Below are positions 16,601-24,081 of a stretch of DNA of 27,257 nt, one piece after another (position 1 is the stretch's first letter; each line of letters begins with the position of its first letter). Origin of the DNA: Candidatus Sumerlaeia bacterium (GTDB lineage: Bacteria; Sumerlaeota; Sumerlaeia; SLMS01; JANRJK01); assembly GCA_033764015.1 (NCBI GenBank), contig JANRJK010000027.1, positions 1 to 27,257 of the forward strand, read 5' to 3'. The notes under the pieces were generated by a model. It ran no database searches. It was given only the letters and a program-made list of their open reading frames with translations, and was not told where the DNA came from. Made by a program: the position numbers and the translations under genes.

Positions 16601-17873
16601 CTTCCGCGCGGCGGCCCAGGTCTTCGGCCTCGCGATTCACCGGGCGAGGACGCAGCGGGAACGCGAGGACCTGCAGCGCCAGATGCAGGAGGAGCGGGAG
16701 CGGGCGGCCCGCGCGCGCGTCGAGGAGCTTGCCCGCACCAACGAGGCCCTCCTCGGCACCCTCGAAATGCTCGGCGATGCGGAGGAGCCCGGTGTCGCGC
16801 TCAACCACGTCATCCAATCGGTCGCCGCGCGTCTCGACGCGGAGTCGGGCACGCTCTGGGTGGTGGTCGAAGGCGGCACCATGGTTCGGCGCATCCGCCA
16901 TTGCGAAGGCGGAAAGGTCCTGAACGCGGAGCAGATGCTGCACGGCACCGGCGCGGAAGCGGTGAAGATGGAACTGCTCGGGAGCATCTGGGCGGAGTCG
17001 CGGGTTTCGGAGCGCGTCGCGGTCCTTGGCCCCGCCGCATTCTCCGAGCTTGCGCTCCGCGATCCGTCCGACGAGCTGCGCGGAGCGACTTCCCTGGTCA
17101 TCCTGAAGCTGATCGCGGGCAGGCGCGCGATCGGGCTGATGACGTTGCGCTACTCGCGCTCGCCGGCCCTTGGGCCCTCGGAACTCGAGCTCGCCGAAGC
17201 GCTCGCGCACCAGGTGGCGTTGGCCATGGAACTGACGCGACTGTCGGGAATCGCCACCGAAGCGGCCGCCCTTGCGGAGCGCCACCACCTTTCCCGCGAG
17301 CTGCACGATACCATGGCGCAAGGGTTCGCGGGCATCGTGGCGCAACTCGGCGCCATCGAGGTCGAAGGCAGGGCGCTCCCGCCGGAAGTGGTCCGCCGCC
17401 TTGATCGAACGCAATCGCTCGCGCGGGCGAGCCTCGCGGAAGCCCGCCGCGTGCTGAGCGCCATGAGGCCCGGACTTCTCCGCGAGAGCCGCGGGCTCGT
17501 GGCTGCCTTGGAAACCCTCTGCTCGACAGCGGTCATGTACAGCCAGGCGGAGGTCTCATTCCGCGTTTCGGGCCCGCCGGACGCGCTCGCGCCCGACGCG
17601 GAGGACGAGCTCCTGCGCATCGCCCAGGAGTCGCTCCACAACGCGGACAAGTATGCGAACGCGGGCCGGATCATCGTGGAGCTGGAAGTCAACCCCGACG
17701 CGGTCTCCTTGCGGATCGCCGACGACGGCCGCGGCTTCGACACCGAGTCCTCCACGGGTGGCTTTGGCATCACCTCCATGCGCGAGCGGGCGCGAAAACT
17801 GGGCGGCCAACTCATCGTCCGGTCGTCGCCCGGCGCCGGCACGACCATCTCGACGCAGATCCCGTTGCGGTGA
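13659..17873 (+). CDS. Cytoplasmic sensor histidine kinase: six GAF domains + HisKA_3 + HATPase
   Basis: SRELHDTMAQG (His at 17304), RIAQESLHNADKY, DDGRGFD, GGFGITSMRER. Six ~200-aa units, each ending in a GAF strand-helix motif and joined by coiled coils. No TM segment seen. Start uncertain (GTG 13638/13647 or ATG 13659). Confidence 0.92.
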   Translation: MPLPPEAGKPASEDPQEPWFAHVLRLATDAENGVGSRKILEELLLAARTWFSVKSCGLWKVSSDGRVRNLFFAIEGRIWSVEEIDGRFPEFGGIGRLFREGFLVPKDYLHGNLPGDHRPPAVLDHSVESTYPLFHAFGRLVGPVELNLPVLVDGAERFSLTLHRAAGSTYTPAEIQSARSFARAAGLIGSLLEREETALALVQAQEQRQAMALRNQRLADANRILNRVAEDSEVAGSPDGILGRLLVEVCGVVRAERGAIFLPENGKQRLRAGFFMESGGLIDVARSEAHALWREGFDFDALAGTESLAGGRLVVGTLDEVAPQLWAPSVEWHRRMGTEALVMAPLHYGGRLVGLLGLGVSAKVIESQEDLELVLTIAHAISLSAALRELAETEKNLAVSIEREEAARNRAEELNRANEALKGTLDRLASDKEIASFLSHLALTAQISAGAISNAIFLMDESGESYHLSAYALRGEVLDLHTDPRIAIWRQPVPKEENADADAAMRSGKPVVHDVPVIASDQMAWPRAIEFHRSMGHGSVVAHPMIAGDRYLGFMGLCFSDRASIVPRKLELAEALAQQGSLAVLLSRQGEEIARASVAQEVERAGRAWAEELLRASAAMGASVGSLSSSQGLDDFLTILVQEAIRTSGAVSGTIFVHDPEKAEITQVVHILRGVIVTDLRSPENAPFHEPIPTDGFDGWRVTAEDDSIFWLDYSYKDSRDLEFSHDFHQRLGHRFVAAIPMRNKREVLGFLGLAWDKSLDVRPTEERLELCRLLAHQAAIAQRLTVISKVAQEAAVTRERERLAQERAAELELINAELVRRDRLLDALTEATKLLLQSPDLNKTILEALALMAEAGGFHRGGLLENCDEAGRPCNAGWFRVLHEWAQGELPKQGDGDYAMGRWADLTDEGMPDGAAMLAAGQVVDGGREDCSELCRAMMESIGAHYTVCAPIHVGEYFWGALAFDDCVTSRRRSEEEKNAFRAAAQVFGLAIHRARTQREREDLQRQMQEERERAARARVEELARTNEALLGTLEMLGDAEEPGVALNHVIQSVAARLDAESGTLWVVVEGGTMVRRIRHCEGGKVLNAEQMLHGTGAEAVKMELLGSIWAESRVSERVAVLGPAAFSELALRDPSDELRGATSLVILKLIAGRRAIGLMTLRYSRSPALGPSELELAEALAHQVALAMELTRLSGIATEAAALAERHHLSRELHDTMAQGFAGIVAQLGAIEVEGRALPPEVVRRLDRTQSLARASLAEARRVLSAMRPGLLRESRGLVAALETLCSTAVMYSQAEVSFRVSGPPDALAPDAEDELLRIAQESLHNADKYANAGRIIVELEVNPDAVSLRIADDGRGFDTESSTGGFGITSMRERARKLGGQLIVRSSPGAGTTISTQIPLR

Positions 17874-17980
17874 AGACGGGCTGTAATGCAGCCCGCCCCC
17901 TGTCCTTCACAATAAGCCCGCGAAGCCGCCGGACCACGGGCATCAACTCCACGCGAGGGCCTATCCCGTCGCAGCGCCGC

Positions 17981-17996
17981 ACCTCCTTTCGGATGA
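17981..17996. promoter_or_regulatory. Candidate operator, copy 4 (ACCTCCTTTCGGATGA)
   Basis: Core CTTTCGGATGA at 17986-17996, about 120 bp upstream of the third hydrolase. Confidence 0.6.
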
Positions 17997-18117
17997 GTGG
18001 CAGCGTGCCCTTCGGAGGGGGTTGAGGACTTCCCGGAAGTCGCGTTTACTGGACAACACGGGGCGGGTTCACTTCGCGTGCCCACTTTCAGGCACACCCT
18101 TCGACGGAGCACAACCC

Positions 18118-18783
18118 ATGCACTCGCATCCCGCCTTCAAGACACCGATCACCCCCGACAACGCGGCCGTCCTCCTGATTGACCATCAGGTGGGCCTCTT
18201 CAACTTTCTGACGTCGATCGACCCGATGATCCTGCGCAACAACATCATCGGCTTCGCCAAGGTGGCGAAGGCGTTCAACCTCCCGGTGATCATGGGAACC
18301 AGCTGGCCGTCCGGTCCGAACGGGCCGACCATGCCGGAACTGCTCGAGCTGTTCCCGGATGTGAAAGTGATCGATCGCCCCTTCGTCAACTTCTGGGCGG
18401 ACCCCGTTTCGCGCGCCGCGGTCGAGGCCACGGGCCGCCGCAAGCTCCTGGTCGCCGGACTCGCAACCGAGGTCTGTGTCGCGCTGCCCGCCTGCTCCGC
18501 CGCGGCCGACGGCTACGAAGTGTACGCCGTCATCGACGCCTCCGCGGACTTCAACCCGCTCATCACTCAGGTCACCATGAGCCGCCTCGCTTCGGCGGGT
18601 GTCATCAACACGACGTGGGTGGCGGTGTTGGCGGAACTTGCACACAACACCCAAGTCAACGGTCGCCACATCGGCAACCTGCTCCGCGAGCACATGGGGC
18701 AGTACTACGCCGCCTTCAACAACTTCAACGGCGTCGCCCGGAACGCCGAGATCGTCCGCGGCCAGTTGGGAATCGGCAAGTAA
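18118..18783 (+). CDS. YcaC-like isochorismatase-family cysteine hydrolase 3
   Basis: GGAG RBS then MHSHPAF; LLIDHQVG, GPNGPTMPEL, IDRPFVNFWAD, AGLATEVC. Confidence 0.93.
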   Translation: MHSHPAFKTPITPDNAAVLLIDHQVGLFNFLTSIDPMILRNNIIGFAKVAKAFNLPVIMGTSWPSGPNGPTMPELLELFPDVKVIDRPFVNFWADPVSRAAVEATGRRKLLVAGLATEVCVALPACSAAADGYEVYAVIDASADFNPLITQVTMSRLASAGVINTTWVAVLAELAHNTQVNGRHIGNLLREHMGQYYAAFNNFNGVARNAEIVRGQLGIGK

Positions 18784-18795
18784 CCCCTCCCCGAT

Positions 18796-18834
18796 GCGCG
18801 GCCGGGGTTCGCGCGAGGTGGACTCCGGCCGCGC
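18796..18834 (+). terminator. Long hairpin after hydrolase 3
   Basis: 17-bp stem (18796-18812 with 18818-18834) including G:U pairs that form only in plus-strand RNA; no U-tract. Confidence 0.55.
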
Positions 18835-18957
18835 TCCACAGGCCGCCGCGATAAGCGCCGCGCGGCCCGCCAAGGCGATTGCGACCCCGCCCCGCTTGCC
18901 TCGCGGGCGGCCCGCCCGCGTTAGTCTGGTGCGCGCGGCGGCGCCGCGGTCCTTCCC

Positions 18958-19968
18958 ATGACGCTCCCACCCATCATCGCGACCACTGTTGGCGACCCGG
19001 CCGGGATCGGTCCGGAGGTCGCCGTGGCGGCGGCCTTGCTGCCGGAGGTCCGCGCGGTGTGCCGCCCGATGTTGGTGGGCGACCGCGCGGCGCTCGGGCC
19101 GACGCTCGCGACGATGCCGGACGCGCCTCCGGTGTTCTTCGCCCGCACGGCGGAGGAGGCGGTCGCGGCGCTGGCGGAGCAGGCGCTGGTGGCGTGGGCG
19201 CCGGGGCGGCTGGCGGAGCCGGTGCCGTTCGGCGCGCCGACCCGCGAAGGGGGCGCCGCTGGGCACGGATACGTGATGGACGCGCTGGCGGGTTGGCGCG
19301 CGGGATGGTGGCGGGCGGTCTGCACTGCGCCGATCAGCAAGGAGGGGTGGGCGCTGGCGGGCTTCCGCGACCCCGGGCACACGGAGCTGTTCGCGCGCGA
19401 GGCGGGCGCGCGGCGCCACGCGATGATGCTGACCGGCGAGCGCATCACGGTGGCGCTCGCGACGATCCACCAGCCGCTCGCGACGGTGCCGGCGTCGCTC
19501 ACGGTGGAGGGCATCCTCGATGTGGTCGAGCTGCTCCGCGAGGCGCTGCTCGCGCTGCGCGGGCGCGAGCCGAAGCTGGCGCTGCTGGGGCTCAATCCGC
19601 ACGCGGGCGAGGCGGGGCTCCTGGGGCGCGAGGAGATCGAGACGATCATTCCGGCGGCGGAGGCGGCGCGCGCGCGCGGCTACGACGTCGAGGGGCCGCT
19701 GCCCCCCGACACGGCGTTCACGCAGCGGGCGCTCTTGCGCTACGACGGCCACGTGTGCATGTATCACGATCAGGGTCTCATTCCGTTCAAGCTGCTGGCC
19801 TTCGAGGACGGCGTGAACACGACCCTCGGCCTGCCGGGCCTTGTCCGGACAAGTCCCGACCACGGGACGGCCTACGGGCTGGCCGGAAAACGCTCCGCGG
19901 AGGCGTCCAGCATGGCCGCGGCGCTCAAGCTGGCCGCGCGACTGACCGCTTGCCCCGAGGCTGCATAA
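18958..19968 (+). CDS. pdxA: 4-hydroxythreonine-4-phosphate dehydrogenase
   Basis: TVGDPAGIGPEV, TAPISK, PGHTE, GLNPHAGE, GPLPPDT, MYHDQGLIPFK, RTSPDHGTA. Confidence 0.95.
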   Translation: MTLPPIIATTVGDPAGIGPEVAVAAALLPEVRAVCRPMLVGDRAALGPTLATMPDAPPVFFARTAEEAVAALAEQALVAWAPGRLAEPVPFGAPTREGGAAGHGYVMDALAGWRAGWWRAVCTAPISKEGWALAGFRDPGHTELFAREAGARRHAMMLTGERITVALATIHQPLATVPASLTVEGILDVVELLREALLALRGREPKLALLGLNPHAGEAGLLGREEIETIIPAAEAARARGYDVEGPLPPDTAFTQRALLRYDGHVCMYHDQGLIPFKLLAFEDGVNTTLGLPGLVRTSPDHGTAYGLAGKRSAEASSMAAALKLAARLTACPEAA

Positions 19969-20007
19969 ATCCGCACTCACCATGAGCGCCCACAAGGACC
20001 CGGAAAG

Positions 20008-20829
20008 ATGACGCAGGACTGGAAAACGTACAAGGACCTCGATCCGTCGCACCTGTACGTGCTGCCGCTGGGCGTGGGTAACGCCTTCACGGGGCGCTAT
20101 TTCCATTCCAGCTTCGTCCTCATCGCGGGGGGCGAGCTGGTGCTGGTCGACGCGCCCGCGCCGCTGCGCCGCATGATCCACGACGCGAGCGAGCGCGCCG
20201 GCGTCGCCTTCGACGCCATGATGATCGACCACCTGCTGCTCACGCACCTCCACGGCGACCACTGCAACGGCGTCGAGGAGTTCGCCTACGTGAAGAAGTA
20301 CCTCGACGACGGACGCCGCCCGCACCTCTACCTGCTGCCCGAGCTGCTGGTGCCGCTCTGGGAGCACCGCCTCTACGCCGCGATGGGGGGCAAGAACGAG
20401 GCGACCGGCGAGGACCGCTCGCTGGCGGACTACTTCCAGCCGCACCGCATCCACCCGGGCACGCCGCAGCGCCTGGTGAACGGCCCGCCGCTCACGGTCG
20501 AGTTCCGCCGCACCAAGCATTCCCTTCCCTGCGCCGCGATGAAGTTCCACTACGGACGCATCTCGCTCGGCTACAGCGCCGACACGCCCTACGACCAAGG
20601 GCTGGTGGACTGGTTGTCGGACTGCGATCTGATCATCCACGAGGCGGCGGAGGACGAAGCGGCCGCGATCCACACGCCGCTTTCGCAGCTCGAACGGCTG
20701 CCGGACGAACTCAAGTCGCGCATCCGCCTCATCCACTACGGCGACGACCTCGGGCAGGAAGACACCTCGATGCGCTTGCTGCGCGAGGGCGAGCTGATCG
20801 AACTGGCCCCCGCCGCCGCCCGGGCCTGA
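20008..20829 (+). CDS. MBL-fold metallo-hydrolase (RNase Z/phosphodiesterase-like)
   Basis: LGVGNAF, THLHGDH, YSADT, IIHEA, IHTP, LIHYGD. Confidence 0.88.
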   Translation: MTQDWKTYKDLDPSHLYVLPLGVGNAFTGRYFHSSFVLIAGGELVLVDAPAPLRRMIHDASERAGVAFDAMMIDHLLLTHLHGDHCNGVEEFAYVKKYLDDGRRPHLYLLPELLVPLWEHRLYAAMGGKNEATGEDRSLADYFQPHRIHPGTPQRLVNGPPLTVEFRRTKHSLPCAAMKFHYGRISLGYSADTPYDQGLVDWLSDCDLIIHEAAEDEAAAIHTPLSQLERLPDELKSRIRLIHYGDDLGQEDTSMRLLREGELIELAPAAARA

Positions 20830-20863
20830 CACCACCAACGACACACTCCGGAGAACCGGCGAC

Positions 20864-21517
20864 TTGGGCTTCTTCAGCGGTTCCATCACCGCCCGCCGCT
20901 ACAGTGTGACGGGCGAAACCGGCGAGGCGTTCTTCACCGCCGCCACGCAGGCGCTCCGGCGCTACGCGTACCAGTCGATCCGCGACGACCAGGGCGAGCG
21001 CGAGTCGTTCGGCTGGGTGAACCCGCGCAAGGTGCTTGAACGCAAGATCGACTTCGAGGAGATGCGCGAGGGGAACCTCGTGTTCCTCGGCGTGCGCCGC
21101 GACCGCAAGGTGCTGTCGCCGGTGCTGGTGCGCGCGCGCCTCGAAGAGCGGCTCGCGGAGGAGACCGGCAAGCGCAAGCTGCAGCGCGTCACCCGCCAGA
21201 TGCGCCAGGCGCTCGAAGAGGAGGTGATGATCGCGATGCTCCGCGAGACGTCGCCCACCAGCGCCTTCCACGAGGCGGTCTGGGACACGGCGCGCGCGGA
21301 GCTGTACGTCGGCGGCTCCGGCGACGCGCTCTGCGAGCGGGTGAAGGACCTGTTCGAGGCGACCTTCGGCCTCGTGCTGCGCCCGCGCCACCCCGCGCTG
21401 ATCGGCGCGGAGCACATCTCCGCGCAGGGCCTCGAGGAGGAGTTCCAGGCGACGCTCCGCGGCGGCCGCGTGGACCACGGCTCCGGCGGCGGCGACGACG
21501 GCGAAGCGCCCTGGTGA
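20864..21517 (+). CDS. rdgC: RdgC-family recombination-associated protein (short form)
   Basis: TTG start with GGAG upstream; MGFFSGSITARRY, ESFGWV, LGVRRDRKVLSP, DLFEATFGL resemble the RdgC N-terminal region. Confidence 0.65.
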   Translation: MGFFSGSITARRYSVTGETGEAFFTAATQALRRYAYQSIRDDQGERESFGWVNPRKVLERKIDFEEMREGNLVFLGVRRDRKVLSPVLVRARLEERLAEETGKRKLQRVTRQMRQALEEEVMIAMLRETSPTSAFHEAVWDTARAELYVGGSGDALCERVKDLFEATFGLVLRPRHPALIGAEHISAQGLEEEFQATLRGGRVDHGSGGGDDGEAPW

Positions 21518-21596
21518 CGCTCCGCGGAAGGGCTGGACCCTCCGCCCCGGCGCGCGCACTGTTCATCAACATCTCCCATTGAAGCGAGGCCCCCAC

Positions 21597-22598
21597 ATGC
21601 GCGCGATCATTCCCGTTGCCGGCATCGGAACCCGGATGCGGCCCCACACGCACACCCAGCCCAAGGTGCTGCTGCAAGTCGCCGACAAGCCGATGCTCGA
21701 CCACATCATCGACGGCCTCGTCGAGGCCGGCATCACCGGCGTCACGCTGGTGCTCGGCTACCTCGGCGACCGGATCCGCGAGCATGTCACGAAGCACTAC
21801 GGCCACCTCGACCTGCACTTCGTCGAGCAGCACGAGATGCTCGGCCTCGGCCACGCGATCTGGCTCACCCGCGAGATCCACCGCAACGACGACCGGCTGC
21901 TGATCATCCTCGGCGACACGATCGTGCAGATGGACTACAAGGGCATGTTCGCGCTCCCCTGCGGCTCGCTCGCGGTGAAGGAGGTCGAGGACGCACGCCG
22001 CTTCGGCGTCGTCCAGCTCGACGGCGACCGGATCACGCGGCTGGTCGAGAAGGCGGACAACCCTCCGACCAATCTCGCCATCGTCGGCGTGTACCTGATG
22101 GACGACCCCAAGCTGCTCTTCGCCGGCCTCGACCACATCATCGAGAAGAACATCCGAACCAAGAACGAGTACCAGCTCACCGACGCCCTCCAGTACATGA
22201 TCGAGCACGGGAACGAGATGCGGCCCTTCCGCATCGACGGCTGGCTGGACTGCGGCAAGCCGGAGACGCTGCTCGAGACGAACCAGATCCTCCTCTCGGA
22301 GCACTGCACGGAGGAGAAGCTGGCGGAGTACCGCGCGCGCTTCCCCCACGTGGTGTTCATCCCGCCCGTGTACATCGGACCGGACTGCCGGCTGGAGCAG
22401 GCCGTCATCGGCCCGCATGTCTCGATCGCGAAGAACTGCCACATCGAGCGCTCCATCCTAAGCGACTGCACGATCGCGAAGAACGCCTCGCTGAAGGGGC
22501 TGCGGATGAGCAACTCGATGGTCGGCGAGTTCGCCGAGGCCTCGAGCGCGCCGCTCTCGCTGAACATCGGCGACCACTCGGCGATCACGCTGGGCTGA
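21597..22598 (+). CDS. Sugar-phosphate nucleotidyltransferase (glucose-1-phosphate thymidylyltransferase long-form-like)
   Basis: AGIGTRMRPHTHTQPK, LGLGHA, LGD, LVEKA, EYQLTDA, WLDCGK; C-terminal hexapeptide-like repeats. Confidence 0.9.
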   Translation: MRAIIPVAGIGTRMRPHTHTQPKVLLQVADKPMLDHIIDGLVEAGITGVTLVLGYLGDRIREHVTKHYGHLDLHFVEQHEMLGLGHAIWLTREIHRNDDRLLIILGDTIVQMDYKGMFALPCGSLAVKEVEDARRFGVVQLDGDRITRLVEKADNPPTNLAIVGVYLMDDPKLLFAGLDHIIEKNIRTKNEYQLTDALQYMIEHGNEMRPFRIDGWLDCGKPETLLETNQILLSEHCTEEKLAEYRARFPHVVFIPPVYIGPDCRLEQAVIGPHVSIAKNCHIERSILSDCTIAKNASLKGLRMSNSMVGEFAEASSAPLSLNIGDHSAITLG

Positions 22599-22698
22599 CC
22601 CCGCGCGCGGCCCCGGCCGCGCCGCAAACCTGTTGTCCGCGAGGCGCGCCGGGCGGGAATCTGCCCCATTCCCGGCGCGCCCCCGGGAGCCCCCGCCC

Positions 22699-24081
22699 AT
22701 GCTCGGCAACGCACTGATCCCGGAAATCCAGGAACTGATCGCGCAGCGCGACTTCTCCACGCTGAAGTCCGCCCTCGCCGACATTCCCGCCGCCGACGTC
22801 GCGGAAATCCTCACCGACATCCCCGTCGCCGACAGCGCCGTCGTCTTCCGCATCCTCCCCCGCGACCTCGCCGCGGAGATCTTCGAGTACCTCGAGTTCG
22901 ACACGCAGGAGGCGCTTGTCTCCGCGATGAACCGCGAGGAAGTGGCCGCCATCATCGAGCAGATGGAGCCCGACGACCGCACGGCCCTCCTCGAGGAGCT
23001 GCCCCCCGCCGTCACGGAACGCATCCTCAACATGATGTCGCCGGAGGAGCGCCGCATCGCGCAGACCCTCCTCAATTATCCGGAGTACTCCGTCGGGCGC
23101 CTCATGACGACGGAGTACGTGCGCCTGAAGCCCGAGTGGACCGTGGCGCAGGCGCTCGACCACCTCCGCCAGTTCGGGCGCGACAAGGAAACGCTCCACC
23201 ACCTCTACGTCACCGACAAGAAGGGGAAGCTCCTCGATGAGTTGCGCCTGCGCGAGCTGGTGCTCGCCAAGCCGGAGCAGCGCGTCGAGGACCTGCTCGA
23301 CTTGCAGGTGCAGACGCTCAACGCGTACGACGACCAGGAGGAGGCGGTGCGCGGGTTCGAGCGCTACGACCGCGGCGCGATGCCGGTCGTGAACAAGGAC
23401 GGCGTGCTGGTGGGCCTGGTGACCGCGGACGACGTGCTGGACGTGGCGCAGGAGGAGGCGACGGAGGACATCCAGCGCGCCGGCGCCGTCGAGGCCCTCG
23501 AGACGCCTTACGACGCCGCGTCGGTGGGCGAGCTGCTGCGCAAGCGCTCCCCTTGGCTGATCGTGCTGTTCGCCGGCGAAACGCTGACGGCGCACGTGAT
23601 GAAGGGCTACGAGGGCCTGCTCGCCTCCGCGGTGGTGCTGGCGCTGTTCGTCCCGCTCATCATCAGCAGCGGCGGCAACAGCGGTTCGCAGGCGAGCACG
23701 CTCGTGATCCGCGCGCTCGCGCTCGGCGAGGTCGCGCCGGGCGACTGGTGGCGGCTCCTGCGGCGCGAGTTCTGGACCAGCCTGTCGCTCGGCGGGATCC
23801 TGGGAGTGGCGGGCTTCCTGAAGGTATGGGCCACCGGCATGGTGTCGCCGGGCATCTACGGCGGGGACTTGGTGCCCGTCGCCGCGACGATCGCGCTCGC
23901 GCTCGTCGGCGTCGTGATGTGGGGCTCGCTGGTCGGTTCGATGTTCCCGCTGCTGCTGCGGCGGCTCGGCCGCGACCCGGCGGTGGCGTCCGCTCCGTTC
24001 GTGGCCACGATGGTGGACGTGACGGGCCTCGCGATCTACTTCACCATCGCCGGCTGCGTGCTCGGCATCACGGCGGGGTAA
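22699..24081 (+). CDS. mgtE: Magnesium transporter MgtE
   Basis: MgtE_N (MEPDDR), CBS pair (YPEYSVGRLMT, MPVVNKDG), membrane domain SSGGNSGSQ, DPAVASAPFVATMVD. Confidence 0.96.
   Translation: MLGNALIPEIQELIAQRDFSTLKSALADIPAADVAEILTDIPVADSAVVFRILPRDLAAEIFEYLEFDTQEALVSAMNREEVAAIIEQMEPDDRTALLEELPPAVTERILNMMSPEERRIAQTLLNYPEYSVGRLMTTEYVRLKPEWTVAQALDHLRQFGRDKETLHHLYVTDKKGKLLDELRLRELVLAKPEQRVEDLLDLQVQTLNAYDDQEEAVRGFERYDRGAMPVVNKDGVLVGLVTADDVLDVAQEEATEDIQRAGAVEALETPYDAASVGELLRKRSPWLIVLFAGETLTAHVMKGYEGLLASAVVLALFVPLIISSGGNSGSQASTLVIRALALGEVAPGDWWRLLRREFWTSLSLGGILGVAGFLKVWATGMVSPGIYGGDLVPVAATIALALVGVVMWGSLVGSMFPLLLRRLGRDPAVASAPFVATMVDVTGLAIYFTIAGCVLGITAG

Noticed and set aside
13659..17250. Cyanobacteriochrome or phytochrome-type bilin-binding GAFs
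   Set aside because: No CH bilin-attachment, DXCF or DIP motif was seen in the GAF units.
18088..20889. 933-aa minus-strand ORF and other long antisense ORFs (13554..15989, 169..1530, 4042..5499)
   Set aside because: Shadow ORFs expected opposite real genes in high-GC DNA; no recognisable motifs.
22599..22698. M-box (ykoK) riboswitch upstream of mgtE
   Set aside because: The 100-bp gap is too short and I see no M-box consensus.
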